NCBI RefSeq assembly: GCF_006345805.1
Contig: NC_043011.1
Coordinates: 17,806,464 to 17,870,463, forward strand
Length of the DNA: 64,000 bases
DNA from: Octopus sinensis
Taxonomy: Eukaryota
Direction: 5' to 3'
In this document: in pieces, positions 40,730 through 55,742 of the stretch
Position numbering within the stretch: the stretch's first letter is position 1
How the letters are laid out: each line of letters opens with the position of its first letter
Program-made: the position numbers and the translations under genes
The notes under the pieces: model-generated
The model's input: the letters and a program-made list of their open reading frames with translations, nothing else
Told to the model about the DNA's origin: nothing
Databases searched by the model: none

Positions 40730-41480
40730 ATATGATCATCATGATCACGACTTACTACTACGAAGTGCCCGACATCATCATCATCATCATCATCGCCATC
40801 GTCGTCGTCGTCATTGTCATCATCGTCATCGTCATCATCAACATGAACGTTCGTTGTGGTCGTTGTGGTCGTCATCCTCGTCATCATCTTCATCATCACC
40901 ATCATCGCTCTAGGTGCTATTACCATAAACAGCTACAAAGTAACAGATAGAAAATTCATGAAACTCACCGCAATCTTCATTATAATCATTATGTGTATGA
41001 TTATATTGACTTCATCATTTATTAATGATGTCTAATTACAAAATAGACTTAGAGACATAGAGTCACTTCTCTGAATATATTTTCAACAATAATTGTATCA
41101 TGATCAATAACATTATCATTATATTTACCCTCATTTTCAACTCCACTGCCACCACCACCATCATCATCCCAATCCTCACCCTCATGCTCTTCACTTTCAT
41201 TATCGTTATAATCATAATCATCATCACCACCAACAACAACAACCACAACACTAACGCCACCACTACCACCACCACCACCACCACGACCATCACGAACATC
41301 ATCTTAATAATTATTCTCCTCCCCATCAACCATCATCGTCGCGATTGTCATCGTCATCGTCGTCGTCATCATCATCATCATCATCAACATTGTCATCATC
41401 ATCATCATCATCATCATCACTACTATCATCATATTCCACCCCCACCCCCCACCACCATCACTATTATAATTATCATTGTT
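40730..41480. repeat. Degenerate (CAT)/(CAC)/(CGT) trinucleotide low-complexity region
   Basis: Directly visible; gives poly-H/I/S/D ORFs. Confidence 0.9.
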
Positions 41481-42054
41481 TACATCAATAGCTTCATCAT
41501 GGATGAAACTACCGTCATTATCTTTTTGAAGTGAATATTAAGACCATTAAACGTGACAGTACGTACTAAATTATATTATAACTACCAGAAGCCCACAAAC
41601 GGTAATATATCCACGAATAACAATCATTAATCCTTGCCATCAAATTTTCAATTATCACCAACAACCGCCTCTATACTGCCTGTTCACTTGCTATAAAGAG
41701 CTGAATAATGTCTCTTAAATCATACGCTGTCCGTCTAAATACTCTATGTTGTATTGAATTAAATAATGAAACATTAGTTATATCGAAATAGTGCAATGAA
41801 AGAAACTAACCATTCTGTAATGATTGTGGCCATTGTTATGCTCGCTTTGGGTGGAGTTATGGTTAAGCAATACACATTGTAAACATCATTTCCTGTCATT
41901 GACATTAACCAAAAATTCAACCAAAATTACGAATATATACTTATTGGAAATATCAAACTTGATTCGTCCCGTAGCTTACTGGCTTAAATGAGATTTAGTC
42001 AGTATGATTTGAAATGGTTAAAGACGCATATTTTTTTCTGTTAATTCATCATGT

Positions 42055-42398
42055 TGATTGAGACCCCTTCGGTCATGGCTGGCCGTGGGCTTGCACCTAG
42101 AAAGTTATCATCCCAGGCACAAGTCCAGACAAGGTTGTTTATGGAAGACCAGCAGTCGCCCATGCACACCGGCCTCCCCTCTCCACACCACCAGTGTTAT
42201 CCAAGGGAAAGGCAGTGGCCGATACAGCTTGGCACCTGTGACGTCGCAACTCATTTCTACAGCTGAGTGAACTGGAGCAACGTGAAATAAAGTGTCTTGC
42301 TCAAGAACACAACACGCAGCCCGGTCCAGGATTCAAACTCACAACCTCACGATCGATCGCAAGCTCGACGCTCTAACCACTGATCCATGCGCCTTCAC
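42055..42398 (-). mobile_element. tRNA-derived CORE-type SINE family D (OR2-like), 13-bp TSD
   Basis: Reverse complement GTGAAGGCGCATGG.TCAGTGGTTAGAGCG...GAGTTTGAATCC...TTCTTGAGCAAGACACTTTATTTCAC (CORE-like); TSD TAATTCATCATGT at 42042-42054 and 42399-42411. Confidence 0.9.
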
Positions 42399-44209
42399 TA
42401 ATTCATCATGTAACAAACTGAATAAATAAGAAAGGCTGTTAGTAAAGGACAGTGTCGGGTAATTTTGGGCGCATAAGTTAAGTACTAATGGCATTCATGC
42501 TAGCAGTACATACCAAATATTTCAGTATAGATATTAGCGACTACTTCTACAAATCTTTCGCATAAATGTTTAGATTATAATACTGCTTTCTTTGAATTCA
42601 CTCGAGAACCTAGCTGCGCTGACAGAATGCTGTGATCTTCATAATCTCACGACACACTGCGTTGGAACGTTATATTGACACAAGGAAAGAAAAGTCAACA
42701 GCCATATAGTGCAACATAAAATGATGCATCTATAGATGCGGCCACGAAATGCGAAAATTGCAGTACGCGTTCAACGTCAATGTAGATCAAATAGCCTGCT
42801 ACTTGTAGTGGATTTTATTTTCATTGGTTATAGAAAACAAAGTATGCTTTGGTAACGGAGGTTTTGCCCAGTCAGGAGCTCTGTAGGCACCAATATGTCA
42901 TTTGAGCTGCATCCCCCTAATGAAGGTGTGGCGATATCTTTCTTTCTTTTTGTTATCTTTTTTTCTTAGGGCAACTTCAAATATTGTTAATAATTTAAGT
43001 GGGATGGTTTCCATAGTGTCGAAAATCTACTTGTCGTCAGAATTCGTGGTAAAACATGGCCGTTTGAGCTTAAGCAGATTACCTCTGCCAGTTGGATATA
43101 GCAGTATGCATCTACAGCGGAAATATTTACTTATTTGGGTGACATGACTCAATTTCTTTGACCAAGCACCCATCAACACTTCTACGTTATATTTGAGTCG
43201 CTAGGTTAGAATGGAGAAGGGGATGCTGCTATACAGTAGACAATGTAGTTAATATTCGATAATAAAAGTTCCCAAGGTGAAAGAATAATCGCTCAATGTT
43301 TGACGATTGCAAGCTATAAAAAGAGCTATTTTGATGTCCTCACACTCTCCAAATTGGGTTTCTCACACCTTTGTGAAAGCTTTAGTTCTTTTAATGTTAT
43401 TACAGACAGGAAAAGAGTAATAGGGACTTTGTATTCATGAAATATTACAGCCATGTTGAGCTATAAGTGCAAAATACACTTTTAGTTTGAATTTCTGCCT
43501 TCATTGACTTCAATGTAATAAGGATATCAATGAGAAAATACATTTACAGAAATTCATGTTATGACCATATTGATTTCCATGAACACAAACTGCATGTATA
43601 TATAATCTAGATTTTTATGTTGAAATAAGAGTTTCTCTATCTTTAGTATTGTATATATTCTCCTGATTGTTTATTGTACAAATATATCAACTTCGTATTG
43701 TATGTGTACGCTTAATACTTTGCAGTCATGTTGCATAGTCGTGTTGTTGAGGTCTAAATAGTAGGTAAAGTGTATATTAAAATCCTTATGTAAGAGGTTT
43801 ATTGCTAGAAAGAATGGATGGACTCATTATATCAAAAACCTGATATTTGCTTTCGTCTCTCTACATGTTAATTTCAAATCCCTAGCGATAAACTTTCCTG
43901 TTCTACTGCAGGGCATCAATAAAATATCTCGTAATTATTTTCAGAAATACATTCAATCCTCTATACACTGCTTTCTTACATACATCTTTGTCCTCATGCC
44001 AACGAAAGAAATTATGATTATTAATGCTGAACTATTGCCAAAATCCCTGAGTCATATTTGTAGGCAAAATATGTCATTCATTAATTTTCTTCGAAAATTC
44101 CGCTGTTTGTATTTTTTAACCGTCTTTCACATAGAAATAACTTTGTTCTTTTATGATAAAGTAACATTGAAAGAGAGAGGTGACACATTTCTTAGACCGT
44201 TAAATTATA

Positions 44210-44245
<36 letters not shown>

Positions 44246-44246
<1 letters not shown>

Positions 44247-44428
44247 CTCTTTACTCTTTACTCTTTTACTTGTTTCAGTCATTTGACTGCGGCCATGCTG
44301 GAGCACCGCCTTTAGTCGAGCAAATCGACCCCGGGACTTATTCTTTGTAAGCCCAGTACTTATTCTATCGGTCTCTTTTGCCGAACCGCTAAGTGACGGG
44401 GACATAAACGCTAGGGGGACAAATACAG

Positions 44429-44463
<35 letters not shown>

Positions 44464-44639
44464 CATATATACGACAGGCTTCTTTCAGTTTCCGTCTACC
44501 AAATCCACTCACAAGGCATTGGTCAGCCCGGGGCTATAGCAGAAGACACTTGCCCAAGATGCCACGCAGTGGGACTGAACCCGGAACCATGTGGTTGGTT
44601 AGCAAGCTACTTACCACACAGTAGCAAGCTACTTACCAC
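44246..44639 (-). mobile_element. CORE-type SINE family C, young copy with a 20-bp duplication at its 5' end
   Basis: Full head, core, microsatellite and (GTAAAAGA)-like tail; TAGCAAGCTACTTACCACA appears twice at about 44600-44640. Confidence 0.92.
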
Positions 44640-46291
44640 ATATATATATATATATATATATGTCAAAGGAAATGGGATATTAAGCACATATGTAAGGGCC
44701 AACACTAAAGTCACGATACAATACATTGCTTTTGGTTAGTGGGTGTGTATTCGTAACCCACCCCATACAAAACACTTTATTTAACAAATAAAGCATGACA
44801 AAAATAATTTCTATCGTTGACGTCACGAAATATTTTCAAAAGCTATATTTGATTAAATAAGTACCATGAGAGAAATCTTCTCGAACATTGAAGGCTGAAA
44901 TGCAAAACTGACTCCAAATGATGAAGGATGGAAACTAAAAACTACAATACTAATTTGATTCTAAGAAATGACCATCATATCTCAATCGGCCATGTTATAA
45001 ACAACTACAGCATAATGTGAAACGACTAATGAGCCCCCGCTGGTGTTTCCAAAACTAATAAATGAAAAATTATATTTTATTGATTATATTTAAATTTTTA
45101 ATATTAGCAAAATTCCATTAGAGCAAACAATAGTTACCATATAATCCACTTAATAGGATAGTGTGTATTTTTAGCATTTATAGAAAACAATATTGTAAAG
45201 ATACAAGATACCTGCAATATATAAAATAGTAAGATCCGGAGATATATTAGTCGGTGGCTGTATAATTACTGTATTCCATATTCTACCATTTTGTATCTAA
45301 GCAACCCTTCCAATGATCCTGAATTGTATCCTTAGAGCAAAAATAAATCTTGATATTTATAAATAAAGATGATAATTCAATCAGAATAAAAACAGAAAAT
45401 TAAGGCTAACTCCCGATTTCTGAATAAGGAATGAAACATTTGTTTTTGAAATTACATTGTATTCATAATAGAAAACTATGCGTAGCCTTCGATGTTGCCC
45501 GAAGAATGTGGTATATGAGGTCGCCACAATACTGTAGCTATGGTGTTATGTCCGTTTTTTATTTGTATATTTTTGATCCTTTGATATATGAAGCATGGTG
45601 GAATCTAAATAGAGATGTTTTAGAAATCATAACAGTTTACTAACTACATCGCAAACATAAAGCTACCAATAGGAATGAAATGTTTCGATAGAGTAGTTAA
45701 TTTTAATAAAGGTTACGTTAGACAATACAGAGATGAAAACGGTAGTACTTTTTATACATTATATGTGTTTCATTTATATGGAAAAGTTCATTTAATGAAG
45801 GATTTAAAAGACACCGAAATTCAATTTACGCTATGGTATTGATAATGGGAATAGAAATCTAAAACAATAATGTTATAGGCTTCTTTTGCGTTATTTTTTT
45901 GTTTTCCCTGTTAAATTCATTTCTGTTCATGGCTTTTTTTCTTCATGGGGAACATTGTTATATATGTAATCATTGCTGTTTTGTTATCGATTCTCGCATG
46001 CTTTCCTGCAATGTTAAACATTATCTTCAATTTCGATTGAACGGCAGCCACTGTATGAACATAGTTTCATTTCTAGCCCATCCTCCGCTTATCCATTCAT
46101 ATGCAACCGAGTGCAACCTGTGGTAGATAAACTCTTGCTTCCAGGACCTATATAAATCCTATGATGTAAGCAGAGTATTATCCTCATTGCACATATTCAT
46201 ATATGTGAATGCGTGTGCAAGAGTCTGTGGGTATGTGTGCATTTGTATCTACGTCTGTCTATCAGTATGTATACACACACATATGTATGCA

Positions 46292-46349
<58 letters not shown>

Positions 46350-46532
46350 TAAAGACATACGTACATACATATACATGCAAACATAATTACAAACACATAG
46401 GGAGAAGAGAGACATGTTTAAATTGATTTATACATACATATATACATAGATATATGCATAAGAATATATAATTATAGACGTATGCCTATATTACTTACAT
46501 GTGTCTCCTCCATACACCTATATCTTTCAATG

Positions 46533-46594
<62 letters not shown>

Positions 46595-46608
46595 CATATA
46601 CATATGTA

Positions 46609-46664
<56 letters not shown>

Positions 46665-49599
46665 TGTATGGAAGTATGTATGTATGTATGTATGTATATA
46701 TACGTATAACTTTATACACCCGAGCGCGTATACCCGCTCAAATAAATGAACAGAATGAATGAATTTTACGAAATAAATCATTTTTCTTCCTTAAATTTCT
46801 ATTTTCTTTTTGTTGAAGTTTATTTTACTTTCTTTCTTTCAACTTATCCATTTATAGATTTTGACTTTTATCATCCTTTCTCTTTCCATTCCATTAAGCA
46901 GAGAATTTTCTATAAATATTTGCACTGGCTTTGTTCAACCTCCATTTCGTAATGTGTTTTTCTTATTCATCTGGTAAGGATGGGTTTGTCAGATAATCGC
47001 ACAGACAATTCCTTAATGCTGTCCTTGATGAAAGGAAATTAAAATAGTAATATGAAGCAGAATACAATAATGTTTATTGAATGGCTAAGTGTAGCAATAT
47101 TCGATACGATGTTTAGGGCATGATTCATGGGATCAAATACAAAAGGAATGCACTGGAACTGCGTTGAAAACTTTATATGCTTGGTGCCTCTGTAGGTGTA
47201 GCGGTTTCAATAATGTATCAGTTTATTGCCGCTGATAGAACACTTGTTGTTTTAATATTGACGTAATTTGAGTTATGTCCTTGAAACATAATATTAAAAA
47301 GATTCTCGTCTTAGTTAGCGAGTGGTTAATATGCACATTTGCTCAGGTAGATGAACTTACTGCCTTTAATGCTTTAAGTATTAAAGCTCACTTATATGGA
47401 AGTGGGTTCATATCCATATGTTATCCGTGTAATTGAATATATTAAAGACTTATATGATAATATAAGTAAAAACAAAAAATCTTTGAAAATACTGTGCTGT
47501 AATAAAGCAATAAATATGCTTTCAAGGATAGCGACATGTTAATAGATTAAAATGCGTTTCATCAATACTATTAATCATTTAAGCAACGAATGTCTATAAG
47601 AAGGATATCAGAATACCTTAGAAGTTGAGATATATTTTGAAGTCCTCTCTGGACAAGAATTATGAATCAAGAACCAGGGAGCACACATTATAATAGCTTG
47701 GATCACATTGAATCCAACTATTTTACGTGGTACATAAATCGGTGGGTTGAACCTCATATCGACAGTTTTTTTTTATATGGCTCTGCGAAAATACTTGATC
47801 ATTGTTATGTTTGAGTAGGGTGTATAAGGAAATATAACTTGTGGGATTTCTTCTGAAATTTTACAGCCTAGATAAAATAGCTACCGTCATTATTTGCTCT
47901 TAGTTTGTGTGAGGAATAACATTCTGAAACATCCATTGTAAAGAAAAGAAAATAGTGATGTCAGCTAAAAAATCTGACATTAAACTGTTATAACATGCAT
48001 ATGGTTAATGGTTTTGAGGATCATTTTCATTAGTTGATGCATCCAATTTGCCATTAAATAATACAGAAAAAAATCGGAGCTCTTTTCAAGATGAACACAT
48101 GAAATCTCTTTTATTGAATAATCAGCAATACGATGACATATCTGATATACACTACTTTTTAAAAAATTCATTCAAATTTCCTGGAGAAAGTCATTGAGAA
48201 AAATAAATCATGAATGTACACTTGGCTGTTACATTATGGGAGACATATAATAAGCTATATTTCAATAAGTGTCATGCATTTCTGAGGACAGTAGTTTACT
48301 GAAACAAAAGAACCTCATAGTAATTGTCTTACTCTATTTGATTCTGACGTATGTTATATTTCCGCTGGTTGAATATTCCTTCAATCCTTTTGGGATTCAC
48401 AAAATTAGTGCGCTTCAATGCGGGTGTTAATTCTGTGCAATCTTGTGGTATATTAGATACCATTATATTCAGATTTACTAATTAAAGAATTGGTAATGAT
48501 AGTAGAAAGGGAAGTGAATTCATAGTCTTTCTGTCCATCTCTGCTTTGAATCCAAATCTCAAAGAGGTCATGTGTAACGCTCATTGTTTTGAAACTAATA
48601 GATTTAACCAATTGTAATTCTGCCCCACTTGTACATTTTTTACGGTAATATAAGACGTCAGTATTGTATTTAGGATAGGGAAAATTTACACAACATTCTG
48701 CATGTGGCATGAAAAATAAATAGTAACTTGGATGTTCTAAAAGCTGATGAAGTAACCAAGAAATTCATTAGTTAAAAATAATTCTGACTATGGAAGGCGA
48801 AGCAACTAATATAATTGAATTAATTACATGTAATAGTTGTATATTACCTTGGATAACAGACAGTGGAAACCTTAGATAGAAGACAGTAGCGCAGCAGCAA
48901 AATGACTATCACGAAGTATTTACTTCTATATTTCACTATTAAAATCCTGCTCAAGTTAACATTCCTATTCATCATTCGATTATAGATGTCATAATACCTG
49001 TGAGGTGCAATTATTACTATCGTTAATTAAGCGCTCAAAATATATGATATATCACTTATTATAAAAATCATTAGTAGCTACATTGCCCTGTCGCACATCT
49101 TATGCTTTCAATTTATTTCTCCTTGTATCAGACTTCTCATATTTTTTTTAGATTTCATCTGTCGTCCATTAACTCCTTCTCAGCCCCAATCTCACTAAAT
49201 CAAAGCATTATCTTACAGCAATTAAAATTCCTCAACCAAACGATATGCACAAAATTTGATATGATACTTCGCTAATAAAAAAAAGTGGAAGAGATTAGAG
49301 CATTTGTCTTAACTGAAATATTGCACATATTTTTCCTTAATGAGTTTAACATTCAAATTTATGCCTATCAGATATAAATTACGTCTAAAATTGATACCAA
49401 TAGGTTGCTACATTTTATAAACGGAGGTAATTATTTTCACTTCATTTGCATTATTGCATCGATTTACAAATTTGGTTGTTGCAGTTGAAAATTTCACCTG
49501 CTCATTGTGTATCGTTGTGTATCGTTTGTATATTCTATTGTTGCTAAAGGTAATAGAATTATCTACGCAGAATGCATGCAGCATTGTATGACAAATCTA

Positions 49600-50055
49600 T
49601 ACATTTGACTTGATTCAGTCATTGAACTGCCGTCATGCTGGGGCACTGCTTTCAAAAAAGTTTTAGTCCAATGCTTCGACACCATTACTTTTCCTATCGG
49701 ACTTTCTTTCGAACCGCTAAGTTACGGGGACGTAAACATATCAACACCGATTGTCAAGCGACACACGCACGCATAAACTCAAACAGTGATAGACATAAAC
49801 CAAAACATAAATAATAAAAAAATATTCTTATAAAACATATTACTAGATCTCAAAGAGTATAAAAATGAACAATCAATATATAATAATAAGTAATATATAT
49901 ATACGACAGGCTTGTTTCAATTTCCATCTAAGACATCCACTCACAAGTATTACATTAGTTGAAGACACATGCCCAAAATACCAAGCAGTGGCACGAAAAC
50001 AGGATCCATGTGGTTGCGAAGCGAACTTCTTAACACACATCCACGTCTGCGCCTA
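49600..50055 (-). mobile_element. Degenerate SINE family C copy
   Basis: TTCAGTCATTG.ACTGC.GTCATGCTGGGGCAC, GAACCGCTAAGTTACGGGGACGTAAA, ATACGACAGGCTT, GAAGACAC.TGCCCAA. Confidence 0.8.
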
Positions 50056-50109
50056 TGACCATGCTTCCAAATAGCTGATAAATCTCTCCAACGGCCAATG
50101 AGATGTTTA

Positions 50110-50494
50110 CTAGGTCCTTACACCCATAAAACGTTTTGTCGAAACTTGGAGATATCACCCCACCCAGTACGCCACTGGTACTTTATTAATCAATCCCAAA
50201 AGAACGAAAAGCAAAGTCGACTTCGGCGGAATTTGAACTCAGATGTATAGTGATAAAATACCTATTTCTTTACTAACCACAAAGGGCTAAACACAGAGAG
50301 GACAAACAAGGACAGACATAGGTATTAAGTCGATTACATCGACCCTAGTGCGTAACTGGTACTTAATTTATCGACCCCGAAAGGATGAAAGGCAAAGTCG
50401 ACCTCCGCGGAATTTGAACTCAGAACGTAGCGGCAGACGAAATACCGCTAAGCATTTCACCCGGCGTGCTAACGATTCTGCCAGCTCGCCGCCT
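50110..50494 (-). mobile_element. SINE family A dimer
   Basis: Junction AAATACCTATTTCTTTACTAACC at about 50257. Confidence 0.9.
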
Positions 50495-51270
50495 GCAATC
50501 CAACCTCGTCAGAAACAAATACGTTGAATTACGTGAACTTGTGTCGTTTATTCGTAGGAAAAACAAACACATGATGATCTAGAGGTAAACAAGAATGACC
50601 TATATGGACTCTTGTAACAATGGGCCAAAATAGTGCATTATAAATGTTATATTTCATTCTTCTTCGAAAGAATCTAGAGTAAAGATGCTTATGCATACCG
50701 TGCATTCATTATTTTATATTTTCCTTAGTGTACATTTATTTCTGTGAATTATTACAAGTGAAACACATTTTTATAGCATAAAATAGCAAAGCATACTCAA
50801 CGTATTCACAATTATTTTCAAGGAGAATTTAACCGGAATGTCACATTCAATAATTTACTACACTTATGTTTAGAGAGGCAATTACCAAACCGAGTGGATC
50901 TGTAGAGATTTTCTAAAGAAGCTAGTTAAATCAGTAACTGGACTCGTAGAGCCTATGACGTTCACTACCTCCCCTTGTCTCTCTTGGTGATTTTTGATTA
51001 TATATTTTCTTCCTTCATATGAACATTGATAAATACGAGCAAGAGAATAAAGCTCTTGAGATGATGTGTGATTAGGTCATAGAAATGATAGGATCATGCA
51101 TACATTACACACACATACACACAGACACGCACAGACGCACATAAATGAATGTACAGAAACACAGACATATATATATATATATGTGTGTGTGTATGTGTCT
51201 ATGTGTGTGTGTGTGTGCGTACCTATATGTATGCATATATATGTGATTATATATACATGTGTGTGTGTTT

Positions 51271-51490
51271 GTGAAGGCGTATGGTTAGTGATCAGGGTAT
51301 TGCGCTTACGATTGTTGGATTGCAGGTTCGAGTCTCAGACCAGAAGTTGCGTTCTGTTCTTGAGTAAAGATCTGCGATAATTTCGTTATCTGACATATGG
51401 CTCACGGTATACCTGTAGAGGTAATGTTGCTTTGATGGAGGGAGTGTGCTTATGTGTACTCAAACATTTGATCACTATAAACAAATCATA
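51271..51490 (+). mobile_element. Degenerate tRNA-derived SINE (family D-like head)
   Basis: GTGAAGGCGTATGG.TAGTG.TCAGG...GGTTCGAGTC...TGTTCTTGAG.AAAG. Confidence 0.7.
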
Positions 51491-51559
51491 AGTCGTCTAA
51501 AGATGGGAGAATCCATGATGTGTATTTTAGTTTCAGTCCGAGAAATGCAGTCATACTGG

Positions 51560-51790
51560 TGCACCACCTTGGGGCCCTCATCTGTATTTCTAGTGTTGAG
51601 GTAAATTCATCCAGAACACTTGACAGAAGGAAATCCAGTTTTGTTATGAAAACGCCTACATTCATGATGTCTCTCAGGTTTTGCGGGAGGATATTGGACA
51701 GCTGCTGCATTATCTAGTTCTGTGTTCTGACGAGAATATCCAGATTTATGGTACTATGAAGTGGCGCCTAGTCCTGCTGTTTTTCCATGA
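51560..51790 (-). mobile_element. CR1-clade LINE 3' fragment
   Basis: QLSNILPQNLRDIMNVGVFITKLDFLLSSVLDE matches the CR1 ORF2 C-terminal pattern (LFNxLPxxLR...FKxKLD...VPDEP). Confidence 0.7.
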
Positions 51791-52012
51791 TTTTCCAGTT
51801 GTATATTATTGCGTATCTTCCCCGCCTTCATTCTAGGGAGTAGCGTTCTAACTCTTTCAGTCTCTTCCAGCAGCCGATATGTGGCATCGTGTCCATCTTT
51901 GCGTAGCGTTGCTGGGTAGCCTCGAGTTCTTTCGTTAATTTTCCACTGTTTCGTGGCCACATAATACATACGTACATACATAAATACATACATACATACA
52001 TACATACATACG

Positions 52013-52810
52013 TACAGAATGTTGAGAATTAATGAAGTCATGACGAAAAAAAATCATTTTTAACAGGCAGCACTAATGGGGATTTCTTAATTTGCAGATG
52101 GGATCGCTTGACTGTTCAGGAGGGTACTAAGCAGCATGCTATGAAGTGTGGAATTCCATTGTTTTGGGTCAGAGTAGGTATGTAAGCATACAACACTACG
52201 TCCGGGGACAATAAAATGTTGTGATGCAAAGCTGATGACCGCGGGCTCCGTGAACGATGCAAGAAGAGGTGGCCGTCAAACCGTATCCCGATCAGTGGAT
52301 AACGTGGCAGCAGTGTAGGAAATGTTTAATCGCAGCCCGTAAATGTCAGCACGTCAAGCAGCTCGTGAAAGTGGACTAACAAGTCACACAGTACTAACAG
52401 TGTTACATAAAGAATTGCATTTTCGTCCGTGGAAACCGCATTACGTGCTGAAGGTAAAACCTGAAGATTTTGACCGTAGGAGTCCAGAACTCCATATGAT
52501 TTCTACTTCTGGTGTTACACAGTAGAGGAGGTGTAAAGACAAAACATTGCACACCCGAGTACTTGGAGACACGGATTCCCAACGTTCTCAGTGATATCCC
52601 AGACAACGTATTTCAGAAAGTTGTTCATTCTATCACTGGTAGTGTAAGGAATTTGACTGACGCCACCAGTGGTTACTTTGAAATATGAAGATTTCTTTTC
52701 ATTTTCCCATGTTATATAGAACATGTATTATTTGTTTCAATAAATTTGTAAAAGGAACATGGATTTTATTACCAAGGTTTAATGTATATTTACTTTTAAT
52801 CCACCCTGTA
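52013..52810 (+). mobile_element. Internally deleted Tc1/mariner-superfamily element
   Basis: TACAG.. and ..CACCCTGTA termini; HTH-like SARQAARESGLTSHTVLTVLHKELHFRPWK fused to an RSPEL..DFYFW remnant. Confidence 0.75.
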
Positions 52811-52820
52811 CACACACACA

Positions 52821-52921
<101 letters not shown>

Positions 52922-53199
52922 TTCAACTACATTTTAGAAAATAAAAATTGAGATTTGGCCCAGTAGAAAAGGTTTTATATCAAAATTAGTAGCAACGTTA
53001 TACGAGTGTATATAACGCCCCCAATTAAGTTTAGATCTAAATATTTTTTTTTTAATTTTAAAATTAATAAAGTTAAGCTGTAGATATTTTACAACCCTAA
53101 AACTAATAGTGACCTGCTTTAACCACCTCTCTGCAGAAAAGATGAGGTTTTATTCACCCCGCCGATATATGTCACTAAAAGTAATGTAGACATCCCATT

Positions 53200-53622
53200 A
53201 GAACCACAGTCGAACCAATTCTGCTATATGGCTCAGAAACCTGGACGTTATCAAAGAAGCTTGAGAGGCGGTTGAATGAAACTTACACTCGCCTCCTTAT
53301 GAGAGCTCAAAATCTCTCGTGGAAGCGTCATCCAACCAAAGCACAAATATATGGGAAACTACCACCTGTATCATCTCTTGTGAAAGGTAGGAGAGTCCAG
53401 TTTGCTGGACATTGTTGTAGAGCTGGAAACGAGGTAATTTCTACTCTTCTCCTCTGGAAGCCATCTGCTCACGATACCAGAGGGCGCACACTCTCCTACC
53501 CTGATGTAATCTCCAGGAATACAGGCATCCAGCAACAGGACTTCCGTAATGCTATGATGGACCATGAAGTCTGGCGTGGCATAGTAAATTCCATTGTCTC
53601 GACCACGGTCGAACAATGATGA
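53200..53622 (+). mobile_element. RTE/RTEX-type LINE 3' fragment
   Basis: VEPILLYGSETWTL...RRVQFAGHCCR...LLWKP...VWRGIV*; ends with a TCGACC-AC-GGTCGA stem and TGATGA. Confidence 0.85.
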
Positions 53623-54259
53623 AATGAGAACTACTAAAAAGTCTGTTAAAATTCTTCACTGAAATTCTTCCCTGATATGAACACTAAGTTTTAACTTTAC
53701 AGTCTCTACCTGGACCATATTCCTACTACCTGCACTGTCTGTTTATTACCAGCACGAACTGATATTATTTGGAGGACCGCAGAACTGTATCTTTAAATCA
53801 GTGTTGAGGTGCTTCAATTTCAATATTTTATTTTAAAATTTAGTGAATACGTAATTGACAATGTCATCTGATACACGAAGTCATTTCTGATGATATATAT
53901 CATGACATATTATTACTGGCTTGAAACATTTCTCCTAAGTATATGCCACATCTAAAACCTCACATTTTACGTTGGATAACACTAATTGGTAAAACAAAAG
54001 ATGTCCATTAATTATTTTGAATTTATAGAAGACTTATTTAAATAATTCTGACATATATTGTGTGCCAAAATATATATTTTAAAAAATAGAGGACAAACAA
54101 AGAGGAAATTTCAATATGCAAATGATATTGCTGATTATCAATCGTGACAGCGGAGAAACGCAAACACATAGACATACACACACACATGTTTTATCTATAT
54201 TACAGATATAGCTAGAGGCTGAGGTCATGCTGGAGCACCGTCGTTCATTACGTTTGGGT

Positions 54260-55225
54260 TTCTTTTCTGTACTATTTCTGGTGAAGTATCAACTTCAAAG
54301 GAGCTGCTCTTCTTTGTGCCTCCTGCTGCGATGTGGAATTATCTGGTGTCACAGATAATAATATTTCCAGATGATCTCTGTAACTACCAAATCTACACTT
54401 CACAAGTCTCTGAAGCTGTTTGGTTAAACAGTAGTGGACCCTTGAAAACCAAGCTGTTGCAATATTGGGTACTTATATAAGAATAAGAAGATTGAAACTT
54501 TGGTACTTTACAATGCCATCCATTTCGGTTGTTGGTATAGCTTCCCAATCCAAAATTTGGGAGCTAGACCGTTCAGGGTCTTCCATATCACTGCATGTCC
54601 TTCACACTTTCTCTCTAGGGAGTTGAGCTTCAGTTCATTTAGCCTCTCCCAGTAGCTCATCAATTACATTGAGTCAAACGTCTTTGTGCAGTGGTGCTGG
54701 ATTGCCCCAAGTGCCGTCACCAGCTTGATTCTCTGAAGTAACCACAGCTTGGAACACAAATCCAAATGACTGAAAACGGAAGTTCTCTATACAAGTAGTA
54801 TAGTATCCTATTTCCTGATTTACTATGGTCTCAGAATGCTTCCAGATTAATGGCTTGCACAATGTTTAAATATTTGTAATATTCATATGGAAGTTTTCAT
54901 CATTAATTATGTGGATTCCCAAGTGACGCAACGACTCTGACACTGGAATGCCAGTATCCAATGTTCCTGTGCGTTCCAATTATAGACTGTCTGCGGGTTG
55001 ACAGAATATTGCTTGAAATTTCTCAGCATTGAGTTGTCTGTTATTTTCACCAGCCTATTTGTATATACCATCCATGTCATTTTGCTGTTTTCGTATGTCT
55101 CCATGGTTCTTGATCGCCTGTGATATTTTCGCATCGTCTGCATACTTGGTGAGTGAGGCTGTCTATCTGTGAAAGCATGACTGAGAAAGATACCTCAAAT
55201 AATAGTAGTCCCAGTACAGATCTTT
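54260..55225 (-). mobile_element. Decayed CR1-clade LINE (RT YADD region to 3' end)
   Basis: Minus strand KYADDA (about 55130-55148), SYWERLNELKLNSLER (about 54612-54660), YCNSLVFKGPLLFN. Confidence 0.8.
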
Positions 55226-55280
55226 GAATGACACCGCTGCGAATGTCTCCCCATTTGTTGCAAAAAAACTTACGCAGTCA

Positions 55281-55435
55281 TAGGCGTAGGAGTGACACTG
55301 TGGTAAGCAGCTTGCTTACCAACCACATGGTTTCGGGTTCATTCCCACTGCATGCCACTTTGGGCAAGTGTCTTCGGGCCGACCAAGGCTTTGTGAATGG
55401 ATTTGGTAGACGTAAACTGAAAGAAGCCTGTCGTA

Positions 55436-55478
<43 letters not shown>

Positions 55479-55696
55479 GTATGTGCGTGTTTATGTTTGT
55501 GTGTGTGTGTGTTTGCTCCCCAACATTACTTCACAACCGATGCTGGTGTGTTTACGTCCCCGTAACATAGCGGTTCAGCAAAAGACACCGATAGAATAAG
55601 TACCAGGCTTACGAAGAACAAGTCCTGGGGTCGATTTTCTCGACTAAAGGCGGTTCCCAGCATGGCCGCAGTCAAATGACTGAAACGAATAAAATA

Positions 55697-55705
<9 letters not shown>
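55281..55705 (+). mobile_element. CORE-type SINE family C
   Basis: Head, CACTTTGGGCAAGTGTCTTC core, internal TA/TG repeat, CAGCATGGCCGCAGTCAAATGACTGAAAC tail. Confidence 0.9.

Positions 55706-55742
<37 letters not shown>

Noticed and set aside
42725-42738. 14-bp palindrome GCATCTATAGATGC
   Set aside because: An isolated short palindrome with no supporting context
38537-48775. Other CTGATGA occurrences (about 38538 and 48744; also 12750 and 13662 on the minus strand)
   Set aside because: No paired stem II or stem I around the motif; expected by chance
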